From: an uncultured virus (IMG/VR IMGVR_UViG_3300018083_000026)
Taxonomy: Duplodnaviria; Heunggongvirae; Uroviricota; Caudoviricetes
Strand: one strand, 5' to 3'
DNA length: 64,000 nt
Virus record (IMG/VR): IMGVR_UViG_3300018083_000026
Under the pieces are notes generated by a model. It did not search any database and was not told where the DNA came from. It saw only the letters and a program-made list of their open reading frames with translations. Made by a program: the position numbers and the translations under genes. Positions 1 to 9,956 of this stretch are shown one piece after another (positions within the stretch are counted from its first letter, which is position 1; each line of letters begins with the position of its first letter).

Positions 1-503
1 CGCTCGTTCACTTCCACATAGGCATATTTGAATTGCCACAAGAGGTCACCCATCCCGTGCAGCGCCAGCAATTCAGCGCCTTGCAAGTCCACGTTAAGAA
101 ACCAATCGGGTCCAACAACGATGCCGTTCGCCCGCAGCAAAGTGTCGACGCGGATCGTAAGAAGCTTGATATCTTTAACGTAATGGACGGAAGGGTGCTC
201 TTGGGCGTGGGTGCCTAACTCCAGCATAGACGAGGATTGTCCCTCGTTGTTTGCCATGTGGAAAGTGACCATCCTGCCGTCCCGGTCCCCTATACAAGCC
301 GAGAGAGCTATAGAGTCGGGATATTTCGCCACGTTATACTCCAGCAGGGTGTGGACTTCCGGCAGGGCTTCCACCCAGATCACCTTCTTAACTCCCAACG
401 CCGCATAAGTCGCTGCCTCCTGTCCCAGGCTCGCCCCTAAGTGCAAAGCGCCAGGAGCCTTAATCGAATGTCGGGCAAACATTTCATCAAATGGTATCAA
501 CAT
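1..503 (-). CDS. FkbM-family SAM methyltransferase (3' end truncated by window edge)
   Basis: Manual translation, not in ORF track: MLIPFDEMF...LHLGASLGQE...VIWVEA...FLNVDLQGAELLAL...YVEVNE; HxGA, DxQGAE and xE motifs of FkbM. Confidence 0.85.
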   Translation of the reverse strand, partial: MLIPFDEMFARHSIKAPGALHLGASLGQEAATYAALGVKKVIWVEALPEVHTLLEYNVAKYPDSIALSACIGDRDGRMVTFHMANNEGQSSSMLELGTHAQEHPSVHYVKDIKLLTIRVDTLLRANGIVVGPDWFLNVDLQGAELLALHGMGDLLWQFKYAYVEVNE

Positions 504-1159
504 ACAACCTTTGCTAGATAGTAAGCGGCAATCTCTGACCTCCGCTCCCAAGTTGTAGGTCCAGCCAGATGAATTGTGGGCATACCCTCCTTCCACATTG
601 TTCCATCATGCCAAATCTCCGGCGCGAAGCAGCCAATCTCCTCCGCCGTGCAAGCCCGGATGCCTTTATATTCCCACTTGCGAACGAGCTCGTCCATATA
701 CCATTGCTCCCAGGGCTCGTGCAGCATACGGGTGAGCTTGCCCGGAATGATAAGGGGAGAGCCCTTTTCACAACGGTCCACCCACTCCTCTACAAAGAGC
801 CGGGCATTTGGGCACTTCTTCCACACAGTTAAGCCGGCGCACAAGTAGGGCCACGCCGGCCAGTTGGTTTGCTGGTAAGCAGCCATGAAATAATTGCCTT
901 GCAGCAAACCCGCTAAGTCCACGCGGTAGTCCATAAAGATTACGTCAGCATCAGCCCACAATACATATTCATACCCTTCTATCAAAGCCTTTTGTATCTC
1001 GTGAACCTTGGAATAACTCGGGTGGAGGTCCTTCCAATGAATCTCACTCACTTCAACATACTCATACCCGTTCGCTGCCGCATACTCCTTATGGTTTTGG
1101 ATGAATCCATTGCACCACTGTCTTATGTCGGACGTGGCAATCGTAATAAGCTTCTTCAT
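497..1159 (-). CDS. GT-A glycosyltransferase, GT34/galactosyltransferase-like
   Basis: HKEYAAANGYEY, SYSKV, VLWADAD (DxD), WEQ motifs. Confidence 0.75.
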   Translation of the reverse strand: MKKLITIATSDIRQWCNGFIQNHKEYAAANGYEYVEVSEIHWKDLHPSYSKVHEIQKALIEGYEYVLWADADVIFMDYRVDLAGLLQGNYFMAAYQQTNWPAWPYLCAGLTVWKKCPNARLFVEEWVDRCEKGSPLIIPGKLTRMLHEPWEQWYMDELVRKWEYKGIRACTAEEIGCFAPEIWHDGTMWKEGMPTIHLAGPTTWERRSEIAAYYLAKVVC

Positions 1160-1719
1160 GGTTTTCTAACCCACCAGGAGGGATAGTCTGCTTCTGCCGT
1201 AATATGCAACTCTTTCTCTAACCCATTTGCAATGACAAATTCATTCACCGCTGTCTTCACCCCGTAGTCGCCCGACGTGATAACTCCATCCAAGTAATCA
1301 TGCCCAGCAAAGATTCCTCCCGACTTTACTTTGGGCCACCACAGCCCTATGTCCTCACGGATGAACTCTAACTTGTGGTTAGCATCGATATAAACAAAGT
1401 CGAAGAAGTTATCGGGAAAGAATAAGGATGCTGCGTCGGAAAACACCCGCATCACACGCGACCGCCCATTGTATTTCTTCGACTTGTCTGTCACCAACTT
1501 GAAACGCCGTTCCTGTTCTTCGGTGTTCTGGTTGCAAAAGTCTTTATAGGTTCCCTCAGTCAAGTGCAGCCAAGGATCTACCTGATAACAGGTCCCCGGC
1601 CACCGATCCAACAAGTAAAAACTGAAGCCTCCTTCAGCTACTCCTATCTCCACCGCAGCCTCTATAAGTCCTAGACTCACTAAGAACGGAGCGAAGTCAT
1701 TTCGTTTTTTAGGTTCCAT
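1156..1719 (-). CDS. Class I SAM methyltransferase (Methyltransf_24-like)
   Basis: VEIGVAEG, DFVYIDANH, KSGGIFAGHDY. Confidence 0.85.
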   Translation of the reverse strand: MEPKKRNDFAPFLVSLGLIEAAVEIGVAEGGFSFYLLDRWPGTCYQVDPWLHLTEGTYKDFCNQNTEEQERRFKLVTDKSKKYNGRSRVMRVFSDAASLFFPDNFFDFVYIDANHKLEFIREDIGLWWPKVKSGGIFAGHDYLDGVITSGDYGVKTAVNEFVIANGLEKELHITAEADYPSWWVRKP

Positions 1720-1722
1720 AAA

Positions 1723-2448
1723 TCACCATTGTCGAGCAATGCGTTTAGTGGGAATAGGCCGCTCCCACACGGGCTCGCCTTCCCACTTAGGCACCTTACC
1801 CACGTAGGGGACCGTGTTGCCAGTGTCGATATACGCTTGCTCGGAGCCGCCGCGGTCGCTTATCCGGCCGGGGAGCGGGCGGTTATACCAATAGAAAGGC
1901 TTAAATTTCTTCTCGTTGATGTCGACGGATTGCACGTTTAACGCACGAAGCCGCCTATCAAACTCCTGATCATCCCCCGCATACTCCGGCCGATAGCCTC
2001 CTGTCTTGGCGATGACACTCCGCCGATAAGCCCAGCACCCATGATAGGCACAACGGTTCCGCTTGGCATTATGCGTTTCACATTGGACCCATTCGTTACC
2101 CACGAAGTCGATGGCAAACCTAGGCTGGACTACTTCTCCGGATTGCAAGGCATCAGCTAACGACTCCAACCACCAGGGCATATAAATATCGTCATCGTCC
2201 GCCTTCGCCACAGCTAAGCTGTCAAAGGATGCTAGAGCAATGGCTGCGTTATTCTTCTCCCCTAGTGAACGGAACCTCCGTGGGACAGAGATCAAATGCC
2301 AGCGGTCCCCACTTTGATTCCAATACTGCCCGCCATCGTCTAGGATAATTAATTCCCGGTCCTCATGCGTTTGGTGTTCGAAACATGCTATAAGGCGCCC
2401 GAGCAATTCGGGGCGATTAAGCGTAGGACAAAAAGCAGTTATCTTCAT
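1723..2448 (-). CDS. GT2-family glycosyltransferase
   Basis: CPTLNRP, ELIILDD, ADDDD, GGY..GDDQEF. Confidence 0.85.
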   Translation of the reverse strand: MKITAFCPTLNRPELLGRLIACFEHQTHEDRELIILDDGGQYWNQSGDRWHLISVPRRFRSLGEKNNAAIALASFDSLAVAKADDDDIYMPWWLESLADALQSGEVVQPRFAIDFVGNEWVQCETHNAKRNRCAYHGCWAYRRSVIAKTGGYRPEYAGDDQEFDRRLRALNVQSVDINEKKFKPFYWYNRPLPGRISDRGGSEQAYIDTGNTVPYVGKVPKWEGEPVWERPIPTKRIARQW

Positions 2449-2618
2449 GACTTTCTTTTCTTGAGGTCCCGATTCAAAGATTCGTTTATCAACTTCTCAT
2501 GAATCTTAGCTTGCTCCTCCGACCTCTCTTTGAACATAACATCCATTCCATGTTGTGAACCAAATCGAATATACCAACTATCAACCCCGTCACAATAAAC
2601 CGCTCGCGCAAATTTCAT
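2445..2618 (-). CDS. Small hypothetical protein
   Basis: Fills the gap between GT genes; start taken at MKFARAV. Confidence 0.45.
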   Translation of the reverse strand: MKFARAVYCDGVDSWYIRFGSQHGMDVMFKERSEEQAKIHEKLINESLNRDLKKRKS

Positions 2619-2622
2619 ACTA

Positions 2623-3354
2623 CTATAGTCTTTCCCACTCCGGTGGCACAATATCCTTAGTATCTAGTCCACCCCAGCCGGGCACGAACCAAAGCTTAGG
2701 CATAATGACACGCTTCTTAGCATTCTGATTGAGCCAGGCTCCCCACCAACTATAAGTGGAAGCAGAGCAAATCTGATGCTCACATCCACTCATCAAACAC
2801 AAGTCCTGAACCTCGTTCCGCCCTTCGGAGAAGGTAATCCAATGCGGCCCGCCGAATGCGAACTTGCACCATTCGATGTCGTCACTAAAGAACATGAAGC
2901 GGAATCCGGGAAACAATTTCATCGCCCGCTCTATCCAATCCTTCCCTATTGGTGGATGTTTCTTATGCAAGCGGAGGAAGTCCCCGCGACGGACGTGGAT
3001 GGAAACGTATCCCTTCCACTCCATCCAAGAAAAGTTCCACGCCTCTAACAGCTGGTCGCGGTATTGCCTGAAATACTTTTCGCTCTGCCAGTAGCCATCC
3101 AAGATGATGTTCTTGTCCCGCCACTCACTTTGGAAAGGAAGCTCTTGAAAGGCGAACCCCTGCTCCGTAACGATAACCTCCTGAAGGTCCGGGTCCCACC
3201 GCGGGTTAACTAGATGCTGGAGGTAAACAGGGCCCTTCTTTGTGGGCTCGTGGGGAAGGGTGTAATCCAGCCCATGCTTCCAGGCGTAGGCCGTGGCTGC
3301 CGCTGCCTGAAATAAGAAATTGCCCATCCGCCCGTATGTCACTGGCTTAACCAT
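2623..3354 (-). CDS. Alpha-1,2-fucosyltransferase (GT11)
   Basis: GRMGNFLFQ, GYWQSEKYF, HVRRGDF, FSDDIEWC, STYSWWGAWL. Confidence 0.92.
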   Translation of the reverse strand: MVKPVTYGRMGNFLFQAAAATAYAWKHGLDYTLPHEPTKKGPVYLQHLVNPRWDPDLQEVIVTEQGFAFQELPFQSEWRDKNIILDGYWQSEKYFRQYRDQLLEAWNFSWMEWKGYVSIHVRRGDFLRLHKKHPPIGKDWIERAMKLFPGFRFMFFSDDIEWCKFAFGGPHWITFSEGRNEVQDLCLMSGCEHQICSASTYSWWGAWLNQNAKKRVIMPKLWFVPGWGGLDTKDIVPPEWERL

Positions 3355-3614
3355 TAGTATATAATTCCGGGCTCCTCTCGTGGTGCAGGCGGCTCCGTTT
3401 CCTTGACAACTTTGATGTCTTTCCCCAACTGTTTGCGGGCTCCCGCCAACGCAATGCCCTGCCGTCCGCCTTCCCGAAAAGGAGCATCGGTATCAGTAAT
3501 CTCCTCCGGAATAGTAGCATTGAGCAGGTGGGCTATGTGTTCGTTCCGCGACTCCCACTGAGTTTCCTCGTCGTGCCAAATTGCCGAGTCCTCAAATATT
3601 TCAATCATCAGCAT
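3354..3614 (-). CDS. Small acidic hypothetical protein (possible immunity partner of the MuF C-terminal domain)
   Basis: Immediately downstream of MuF gene; own GATAAT-N6-ATG motif. Confidence 0.55.
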   Translation of the reverse strand: MLMIEIFEDSAIWHDEETQWESRNEHIAHLLNATIPEEITDTDAPFREGGRQGIALAGARKQLGKDIKVVKETEPPAPREEPGIIY

Positions 3615-3624
3615 ACATTTATTA

Positions 3625-5835
3625 TCACAAACCTTTTAACATCTTCACAATGGCGTCGAAATACTCCGGGTCTGCTTTAGCAAAGGCCACCGCATCCTTC
3701 CACAGCAATTCAACACCCACGGAAATCACTTCCGGATATTCTCCGCGTGGATACACCCGTCCCGCATAGGCCCTCGTCTTACCAAACAAATCCTTCTTCC
3801 CCTTAATACTCGCCTTAAGTCCTCCGCCAAGTGATTTAATCTTCTCCCCGGCGGTCCGCTTCTCAAAGAAAGCATTCTGAGCCTCCATAATAGACCGGAT
3901 CTTATAAGAAATATGATGCCCGAATTCATGGGCTATTGTCTTCGATTCGTCGTCCCACTCCTTCACTTGGGAAAGCGGCCGCAAACCAATGCGGGTCGTG
4001 GAGGGATTGTATTCGCCCAATGCATCCATGGCCCTTCTCTCCATCGTGAGCCTATTTAGTTCAACCAACTCTTGCGCGGTGGCCCGTCCTTCTGGCATAA
4101 GGGAAAGAATATCCTCCATAGGTCCGGAGAAAGCGGCATCGACATTAGGCAAAGCTACCTTTGAAACTAAGTTGTTCTCCTCCACCAAGGCCTTCCACAC
4201 AACGTCATCTGCCTTCTCCTTCAACGCAAATCCCATTACGCGCCGGGCTTCAGCTGCCTCATCATAAACGATTCTGGTTTGCGCCACCTTAGCATCCCTC
4301 AACGCCTGAGACACCTCGTCCAATGCACCCGTTCTGCTTTCACTTAGAACCTTTTGATATTCAAAATAAGCATCCCAAGCCTTTTGCTTCAAGATTCTAT
4401 ACTGGGGATCTTCCGTTATCTTAGCTGCCTGGGCGAGCATATCCTCCCGGTATTGCGCCGGCTCCGTCCACTTCGTAACTGCGGCCGGTTTAGGCACAAC
4501 CGGCTCCGGGACTGCTATGGGCTTAGGTGGAATTATCTCCGCCGGCGTTGGCACAACTGGCAAAGAGGGCGCCGGCGTTGGCACAATAGGCTTAGGCACT
4601 ATCGGCAAAGGCACTGGACCCGGAGGAGGTGGAGCCACTGCGATTTGTTTGAACTTCCACAGAGCCCGATTGCTCCGCCAGACTTCCCGTTGCAACGCGG
4701 CCAATTCATCCCCGGTTACTCCCGCCTTCTTCGCCAAATTAAAAGCGGCCCGAGCTAACTGCAAATTGGTCTCTAACTCCCCGCGGGACAGGGTGGCTGC
4801 CATCTCGTCAGCCACTTGTATTGCCTCCACTGACAAACCACCCGCTGCCGTTCGATCTATTCCTCCCGTTGTCTTAGCGTCCGCCTCCGCCGGAATCCAT
4901 GTGCAGCGGCAGTTGGGATGGAGCGGAATCAACCCGTGGGCCTCTTCCACAGTGAAAACTTGTCCCTCCATCGGCTCGCATTCTTCGCAGACCCTATCAT
5001 CTCCCGCCGTAGACCATTCCGCTTTAATGCCTAGCTCCTCCACCCCTAACTTTTCGAAGGCGTCTAGCTGCCCTTCCGCGTGGGCATTAATGATCTCCGT
5101 CCGGGCGATCGTCATCCCCCTCCCCTCCACCAGCCCGTTTATCTTGTCCTCCATTTCCCGGGCGATTGCTTCCGCTCCGCTCCCGTCCACCATCCCTTGC
5201 GCCAGGATAAGATTCATCTGCGAACCCATCGTGGTCGTGATTCCCTTCATACCTTCCCAGGCCCGCGTGCCTAGCATCTGCACTTTAGACATCGCCTCCG
5301 GCGCGCCGAAGGAGGCTCTTAAAAACTGCTCCTGGGTTTGCTGCCCTATCCCCTGGGCGTCAAAAAGCTTTCCCTCCTTCGAGGACAAATAGGCATTAAT
5401 CATTCCCCTCTTATAGGCGCTCTCCACAAATTCCGTAGTCCACGGAACACCGTGCGGAGTGCCCGGGTCCGGCGAGAGAACGTGAGCTTCTACTTGCTGC
5501 CGGAACCAATCATTAAAGATAGAGAGTTTCTGGGAGTCGGTCCGGAACTCGTATTCACGCGGTTGGATGTTGCCCACGAGCTTGCCAAAAGGGACCATTC
5601 CCTTCTTCTCATCCAGACCCAAAGCATCCAAAGTAAGAATGAACTTGATTACTTCCTTCTTGAGATTGCGGAAGGCTTTCCGCATCTCCGTCATGAATTG
5701 CTTGCGAAGCACCAACGTCCTCGTGGGATCTACCCGCAGCGGGTTCGCATGGACCCGGCGCCGGGCATTCCTCACCGGACGGTGGTGAACGTGAAGGAGG
5801 AGAGGCATGTCAGCGTCCGCCAAAACGGTTTCCAT
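3625..5835 (-). CDS. Head morphogenesis protein (MuF/SPP1 gp7) with Pro-rich linker and C-terminal HExxH metallopeptidase-like domain
   Basis: IARTE, W.TAGDDRVC..C, PLHPNCRC; later AHEFGH and PEVIS; true start may be MPLLLH. Confidence 0.88.
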   Translation of the reverse strand: METVLADADMPLLLHVHHRPVRNARRRVHANPLRVDPTRTLVLRKQFMTEMRKAFRNLKKEVIKFILTLDALGLDEKKGMVPFGKLVGNIQPREYEFRTDSQKLSIFNDWFRQQVEAHVLSPDPGTPHGVPWTTEFVESAYKRGMINAYLSSKEGKLFDAQGIGQQTQEQFLRASFGAPEAMSKVQMLGTRAWEGMKGITTTMGSQMNLILAQGMVDGSGAEAIAREMEDKINGLVEGRGMTIARTEIINAHAEGQLDAFEKLGVEELGIKAEWSTAGDDRVCEECEPMEGQVFTVEEAHGLIPLHPNCRCTWIPAEADAKTTGGIDRTAAGGLSVEAIQVADEMAATLSRGELETNLQLARAAFNLAKKAGVTGDELAALQREVWRSNRALWKFKQIAVAPPPPGPVPLPIVPKPIVPTPAPSLPVVPTPAEIIPPKPIAVPEPVVPKPAAVTKWTEPAQYREDMLAQAAKITEDPQYRILKQKAWDAYFEYQKVLSESRTGALDEVSQALRDAKVAQTRIVYDEAAEARRVMGFALKEKADDVVWKALVEENNLVSKVALPNVDAAFSGPMEDILSLMPEGRATAQELVELNRLTMERRAMDALGEYNPSTTRIGLRPLSQVKEWDDESKTIAHEFGHHISYKIRSIMEAQNAFFEKRTAGEKIKSLGGGLKASIKGKKDLFGKTRAYAGRVYPRGEYPEVISVGVELLWKDAVAFAKADPEYFDAIVKMLKGL

Positions 5836-7279
5836 TGCCTCCCGGCGGTGGAAGGGCTCCGGGCTTGGCGCCAGGCGGAGCTACAACCACGGGCGGAGGC
5901 GGCGGCTGAAGAAGCTTCTCATCCACATTGGCCAGCTGTTCCTCCGCCGCTTCTATCACCGAATCCGCTTCCTCTTCCGACATGCCTAACACTAAGGTCA
6001 GATAGTGAAAGGGAGGGACAATTACATCACACCCGCCCGTCACATACTTCGCCAGCGCATTGGATCGATGCTCTGCGATCGCCGCCTTATCCAAATCCGA
6101 CGGACTATTCAAATCAGGCCAGTCTATTTCGTAGCCGTCCACCGGCATGGGCAACACACCCGCCGCAACTAGGCGGTCGCAGAAGGGGCGGAGCACAAAG
6201 GGATTCACATACTCTACCCGCCTCTTCGTGATTCTCGCGTTCCAAGCCCGGGTATCCTGCTCCGAGGCTAGCTGGGCGGCTTCGGACCCGACAAAGACGC
6301 GCCACGGAACGGCCATGGCCACAGAGATAAGCTTTAATTGGAGATCAACATGAGGCGCGGGATCGGCTACTTGCACGCTAAGACTTTTAGCTGTCATGCC
6401 GACGGTGGCAATGTATCGCTGGAGCCCGTTCATGTAAGACTCGATCTGTTCCTTCGTCGCATCCTTGTCGAATTCCACATCCTCGTCCGTCGGCTGCGAC
6501 TCGATCGACAAACCAGGAAATCCACCCTTCCAAAACATCTCCCCCGAACCGCCCGCTATCTTCCGCAAGTCCAGCAAGCGGTTGAATACTTTCTCCATCC
6601 GCGGGCAACCGTAGATTTCGGAATTGGTGCGGTTGTCGGCTAAGTGAATCATGCGGGTCCAGTGGACTTCCACGATCTGCTCGCTCGATGTGTTCATATC
6701 CTCAAACGAAACGCGGTAGAGCGTAGGCTGGCCGTAGCGTGGACTGGTTGCGTCAGTTTCCAGCGAGGGGACCTCCAAGATCGTTTCGTCCAACGGGCGA
6801 AGATAAAGAAGCTTCATTTCGCCGGCGCCCACGCCCGGCTCACCCGCTGCCTCCGCCGCCAAGACACTGGCCACCGGCTCGCTCAGCGGCAGTCCGTCAT
6901 CGAACCCTAACAGAAGGGCCCCGAACCTCCCCACACCACTCAGAACGTCCGCCCGCTGCAAGTAAGTGAAAAGAGGAATCCGCTGCTCCAAATCCTTCCA
7001 GGCAAGTTCAAACTCTGTTTCCGTTTCGTCCTCTGTCTCGTAGACGTCCGGACTCTCCTTCCACGTTTCTTCGGGGAAGAGAGACACGACGCGGGCCGCC
7101 ACATCACCCCGGGTAAACATCCGCTTGTAATCATCAAGGGAGATCTGTTCAGGATGGCCGCACTCGGCGTCAATGTCCCTCCGCGGGTCCATTAACTTTT
7201 GCAGCCACGCCTTGCGGGACAGGAAAGCATTCCGTATTAGACTGGTGACTTTCATATTTCCCAAACTAACACGGACCAC
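5810..7279 (-). CDS. Portal protein (DUF1073 type)
   Basis: 489 aa between terL and MuF; RYGQPTLY, VHWTR, YGCPRME, GGSGEMFW. Confidence 0.85.
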   Translation of the reverse strand: MVRVSLGNMKVTSLIRNAFLSRKAWLQKLMDPRRDIDAECGHPEQISLDDYKRMFTRGDVAARVVSLFPEETWKESPDVYETEDETETEFELAWKDLEQRIPLFTYLQRADVLSGVGRFGALLLGFDDGLPLSEPVASVLAAEAAGEPGVGAGEMKLLYLRPLDETILEVPSLETDATSPRYGQPTLYRVSFEDMNTSSEQIVEVHWTRMIHLADNRTNSEIYGCPRMEKVFNRLLDLRKIAGGSGEMFWKGGFPGLSIESQPTDEDVEFDKDATKEQIESYMNGLQRYIATVGMTAKSLSVQVADPAPHVDLQLKLISVAMAVPWRVFVGSEAAQLASEQDTRAWNARITKRRVEYVNPFVLRPFCDRLVAAGVLPMPVDGYEIDWPDLNSPSDLDKAAIAEHRSNALAKYVTGGCDVIVPPFHYLTLVLGMSEEEADSVIEAAEEQLANVDEKLLQPPPPPVVVAPPGAKPGALPPPGGNGNRFGGR

Positions 7280-7300
7280 AGACTTTCACTAGCAAAGAAA

Positions 7301-7594
7301 TTAGAACGCCCGAAGGAATGAAGGATGCGAAACAGAAAAGTCGTTAGTCCACGTCTGGAAGAGGACGCCATCGCGATAGAATTCTACCTTCGTAATCGGG
7401 CCCGCCCTACTATCAGCTTGAACCGATATAAGAACATTGGTCCCACTAATTACTTCCCCCGGCGTGGGCGACACGATTTCCACCCAAACTGGGTCGGTGG
7501 ATTGCCCGCCCAAAGGCATCACTAAAATGGTTATTGCAGAGACGCCAGTTACAAAGACCGTCAACAACAAGAGGAAGCTCTTCAGTTTTTTCAC
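7301..7594 (-). CDS. Secreted Ig-like domain protein
   Basis: Signal peptide; P.V.I.SP..G...I.V.A.....ITKVEFY.DG pattern. Confidence 0.7.
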   Translation of the reverse strand: MKKLKSFLLLLTVFVTGVSAITILVMPLGGQSTDPVWVEIVSPTPGEVISGTNVLISVQADSRAGPITKVEFYRDGVLFQTWTNDFSVSHPSFLRAF

Positions 7595-7989
7595 GTCCTA
7601 ACACTACTGCACGGGGAATTCGGGGGCAATACCTCAAACTCCTCCTCCGAAGCGCCAAAGGGATGCACGCATCGCTCCGCTACAACCCAGCAACCTTCTT
7701 TGCAGCCGTAGCTAACGACCGTTCCCAACTCTCCCTTCTCAGCATAAATAAGGTAGGGGTGGTCCTCATTGGCGGGAGCCGTGAGAGCTTTGAGAAATCG
7801 AATGCGAGTGCCAATCGCAGGCAGTTTTTGCCGCTCCTGCACTCCCTTAGAATGTCCCTCCTTGTCCCGCACGTCATTGAGGATGTTGCCCGGAAACTGT
7901 TTGGCGCAAGCTTCACAGTGAGGCAAGTCCAGCGCCTGCCGTTCGGGTTCTATCAACCTACCGCAATCACATACCTGTTTCTTGATCAT
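7591..7989 (-). CDS. Hypothetical protein with N-terminal Zn finger (DksA/TraR-like) and SH3-like domain
   Basis: CDCGRLIEPER...HCEAC. Confidence 0.5.
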   Translation of the reverse strand: MIKKQVCDCGRLIEPERQALDLPHCEACAKQFPGNILNDVRDKEGHSKGVQERQKLPAIGTRIRFLKALTAPANEDHPYLIYAEKGELGTVVSYGCKEGCWVVAERCVHPFGASEEEFEVLPPNSPCSSVRT

Positions 7990-8076
7990 TTATCCTTTCC
8001 CGAGTTCTTGCTGCTCCAATACATAGCAAACAGAACCACGATAATCATAAACACAATTAGATCCTCGCCACTCATA

Positions 8077-8799
8077 TCAAGGCAGATTCTCCTCCACCAC
8101 CTTCCACTTAATCGAATCGTAAGCCTCCATCGTCCAGGGAAAGAAGTGCCGAGCTATCTGCTTCACCGCTTGAGCATAGTCCTGGTGTTCGCCCTGGGCG
8201 TGTGGGTCGTCCCGCAGCGTAAAGAACTTGAGCAGGTTATTCATGTCCCAGCAACAATAGAACTCCGTATAAATGCCGACTGGAAGGACGATGCGGGCTT
8301 GCTCGCGAGCGATGCCTGCTAGGAGAAGTCGCTTGTAAAGCTCATAGGACCGCTTGTAATGCAACTCTACAGATTCGGACGCGGTATCACGTGATAAGGG
8401 ATCTACTACCGGATTCCAGGTTTCCCTCGTGTCTAAACTTCCTTGCTTGTTTTTAGTATCTTGATACCGCCACTTCTCCGGAATGAAAAACTCGTCCGGC
8501 AGCTCACTATACCTCGCGCTCAGCTCATTCACGTTCTGCATGCGGTGGCGGATATACTGCCGCATCACGAAGATGGGCAGCTTGATGTTGAGCTTGAGCT
8601 TGACCATCTCGAAGGGGCTCGTATGGCGATGCTTGAACAAGTAGCGGAGGAGTTTCTTGTCAGCCTCCTCTCCCTTGCTCGGGCTTTTGTAAGACACGCG
8701 GGCCGCCTCCACAATGTCGAGGTCGATTCCCATGTGGTCGATGTAACGAACGAACCCGTGGTCATGCACGGGGATTGTATAACCTTTTTCCATACTCAT
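8077..8799 (-). CDS. thyX: FAD-dependent thymidylate synthase
   Basis: AARVS, HTSPFE, RHR, NELSARY, AREQAR.VLP, LR..PHAQ.E. Confidence 0.96.
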   Translation of the reverse strand: MSMEKGYTIPVHDHGFVRYIDHMGIDLDIVEAARVSYKSPSKGEEADKKLLRYLFKHRHTSPFEMVKLKLNIKLPIFVMRQYIRHRMQNVNELSARYSELPDEFFIPEKWRYQDTKNKQGSLDTRETWNPVVDPLSRDTASESVELHYKRSYELYKRLLLAGIAREQARIVLPVGIYTEFYCCWDMNNLLKFFTLRDDPHAQGEHQDYAQAVKQIARHFFPWTMEAYDSIKWKVVEENLP

Positions 8800-8806
8800 A
8801 AATTCT

Positions 8807-9013
8807 TTATGCTCTTTGATCGTCCGTCCAAGAAGGCGAAAATAAGCGCCTCACTGGGGACTTTTTTGGTTTGTTCTCCCGTCGCTCCTCCTTACGACCG
8901 TGCCTTCTCCCTAAGTCGTAAGCCCTACGCAAAAGAGGCCGTATCCAAGGCTCGTCCAGGGTCCCAATAAGGCGGTCTAGTGCCTCAGCGGCTGCTTGAT
9001 CTACTTTCTTCAT
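8807..9013 (-). CDS. Hypothetical protein
   Basis: Co-oriented ORF in the operon. Confidence 0.5.
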   Translation of the reverse strand: MKKVDQAAAEALDRLIGTLDEPWIRPLLRRAYDLGRRHGRKEERRENKPKKSPVRRLFSPSWTDDQRA

Positions 9014-9241
9014 AAATTCAGGTGCGGCTGTTCTTCACTAGCAGGCCAATCTAGCTGTGGGTTTGTGAATGACACCGTTTGCAATCCGGACCCACCAGAG
9101 TCAGACCCTTCGTTTTTATTTACCATAGAGGGCCACGCTTTGAACAGCCGCACGACATATTATCTCCTCAGAACAAGAAACTGAACCAAAACAGGAGAGC
9201 CAATATCAAAAGGCAGTAAGCTAATTCTTCGTCAGTCATAC

Positions 9242-9631
9242 CTACGGGTAAAGGATGATCACAATTTTGTGAAGCTTGCGGGCATGGCGGACGGTCGCCC
9301 ACGTCCCGCTCCTCAACTGCTCCGCAACCTCCCGAGGCGTAGCAATGAGCAACTCGCATGACTTCACTATCTGCTCATTGCGTAGGAGGTAAGTCAAAGG
9401 AGCATAGTTGACGTTGCCGAGCAATCCCGCCCGCTTCTCCGTCTCTCGTGGCGGATGAACGTGGGTAGGTATGCCTTGCTGTTTGGCTAACACATGAGCT
9501 TCCGCGTCCGCCCCAACACAATCGCCATGGTGAAATTCATGCACGTGGGAGAAGTGGGCAAGCAGCCATTGCAACTGTTCCAGCTGCCGGCCGTTCATCC
9601 CATGCTGGGTCCCAGTGAATCCAAGTATCAT
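9242..9631 (-). CDS. SLOG-superfamily (DprA/YspA-like) nucleotide-binding protein
   Basis: LGFTGT, HHGDCVGAD, RNEQIV, SGTWATVRHA. Confidence 0.75.
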   Translation of the reverse strand: MILGFTGTQHGMNGRQLEQLQWLLAHFSHVHEFHHGDCVGADAEAHVLAKQQGIPTHVHPPRETEKRAGLLGNVNYAPLTYLLRNEQIVKSCELLIATPREVAEQLRSGTWATVRHARKLHKIVIILYP

Positions 9632-9768
9632 CTTCCCCTCAATCCTTCCTGCCACGCCTCCAGCCGCCGCTTTATCTGGCGCCAGATGTGACGCCACCGC
9701 TTGCGAGTCAAAGGACCACGCCAGATACGGCGATACTGGTAAGCAGCTACAATGGGACGTTTCATCAT
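9628..9768 (-). CDS. Small Arg/Trp-rich hypothetical protein
   Basis: GATAAT-N6-ATG start; ATGA overlap with next gene. Confidence 0.45.
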   Translation of the reverse strand: MMKRPIVAAYQYRRIWRGPLTRKRWRHIWRQIKRRLEAWQEGLRGR

Positions 9769-9775
9769 GACTTTA

Positions 9776-9949
9776 TTATCTCCCCAGCAACATAATCTCG
9801 AGGCACTGGACGGCATTCTCCAACGTCTTCATCTCCTCCAGCGCCTCCCCTTTCAAAGGCTTCCGCTTTACCGCTGCCAGGACCATTTGACTTAGGTTGT
9901 AAGCCTGCCGTATCCGCTCCACTTCCACGTCCGATAATTTCAATCGCAT
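9776..9949 (-). CDS. Small hypothetical protein (MRLKLSD...)
   Basis: GATAAT-N6-ATG start. Confidence 0.5.
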   Translation of the reverse strand: MRLKLSDVEVERIRQAYNLSQMVLAAVKRKPLKGEALEEMKTLENAVQCLEIMLLGR

Positions 9950-9956
9950 ACCCCTA

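Noticed and set aside
5810..7279. Anti-CBASS Acb1 label sometimes attached to this family
   Set aside because: No HxT/HxS phosphoesterase pair evident; size and position indicate portal
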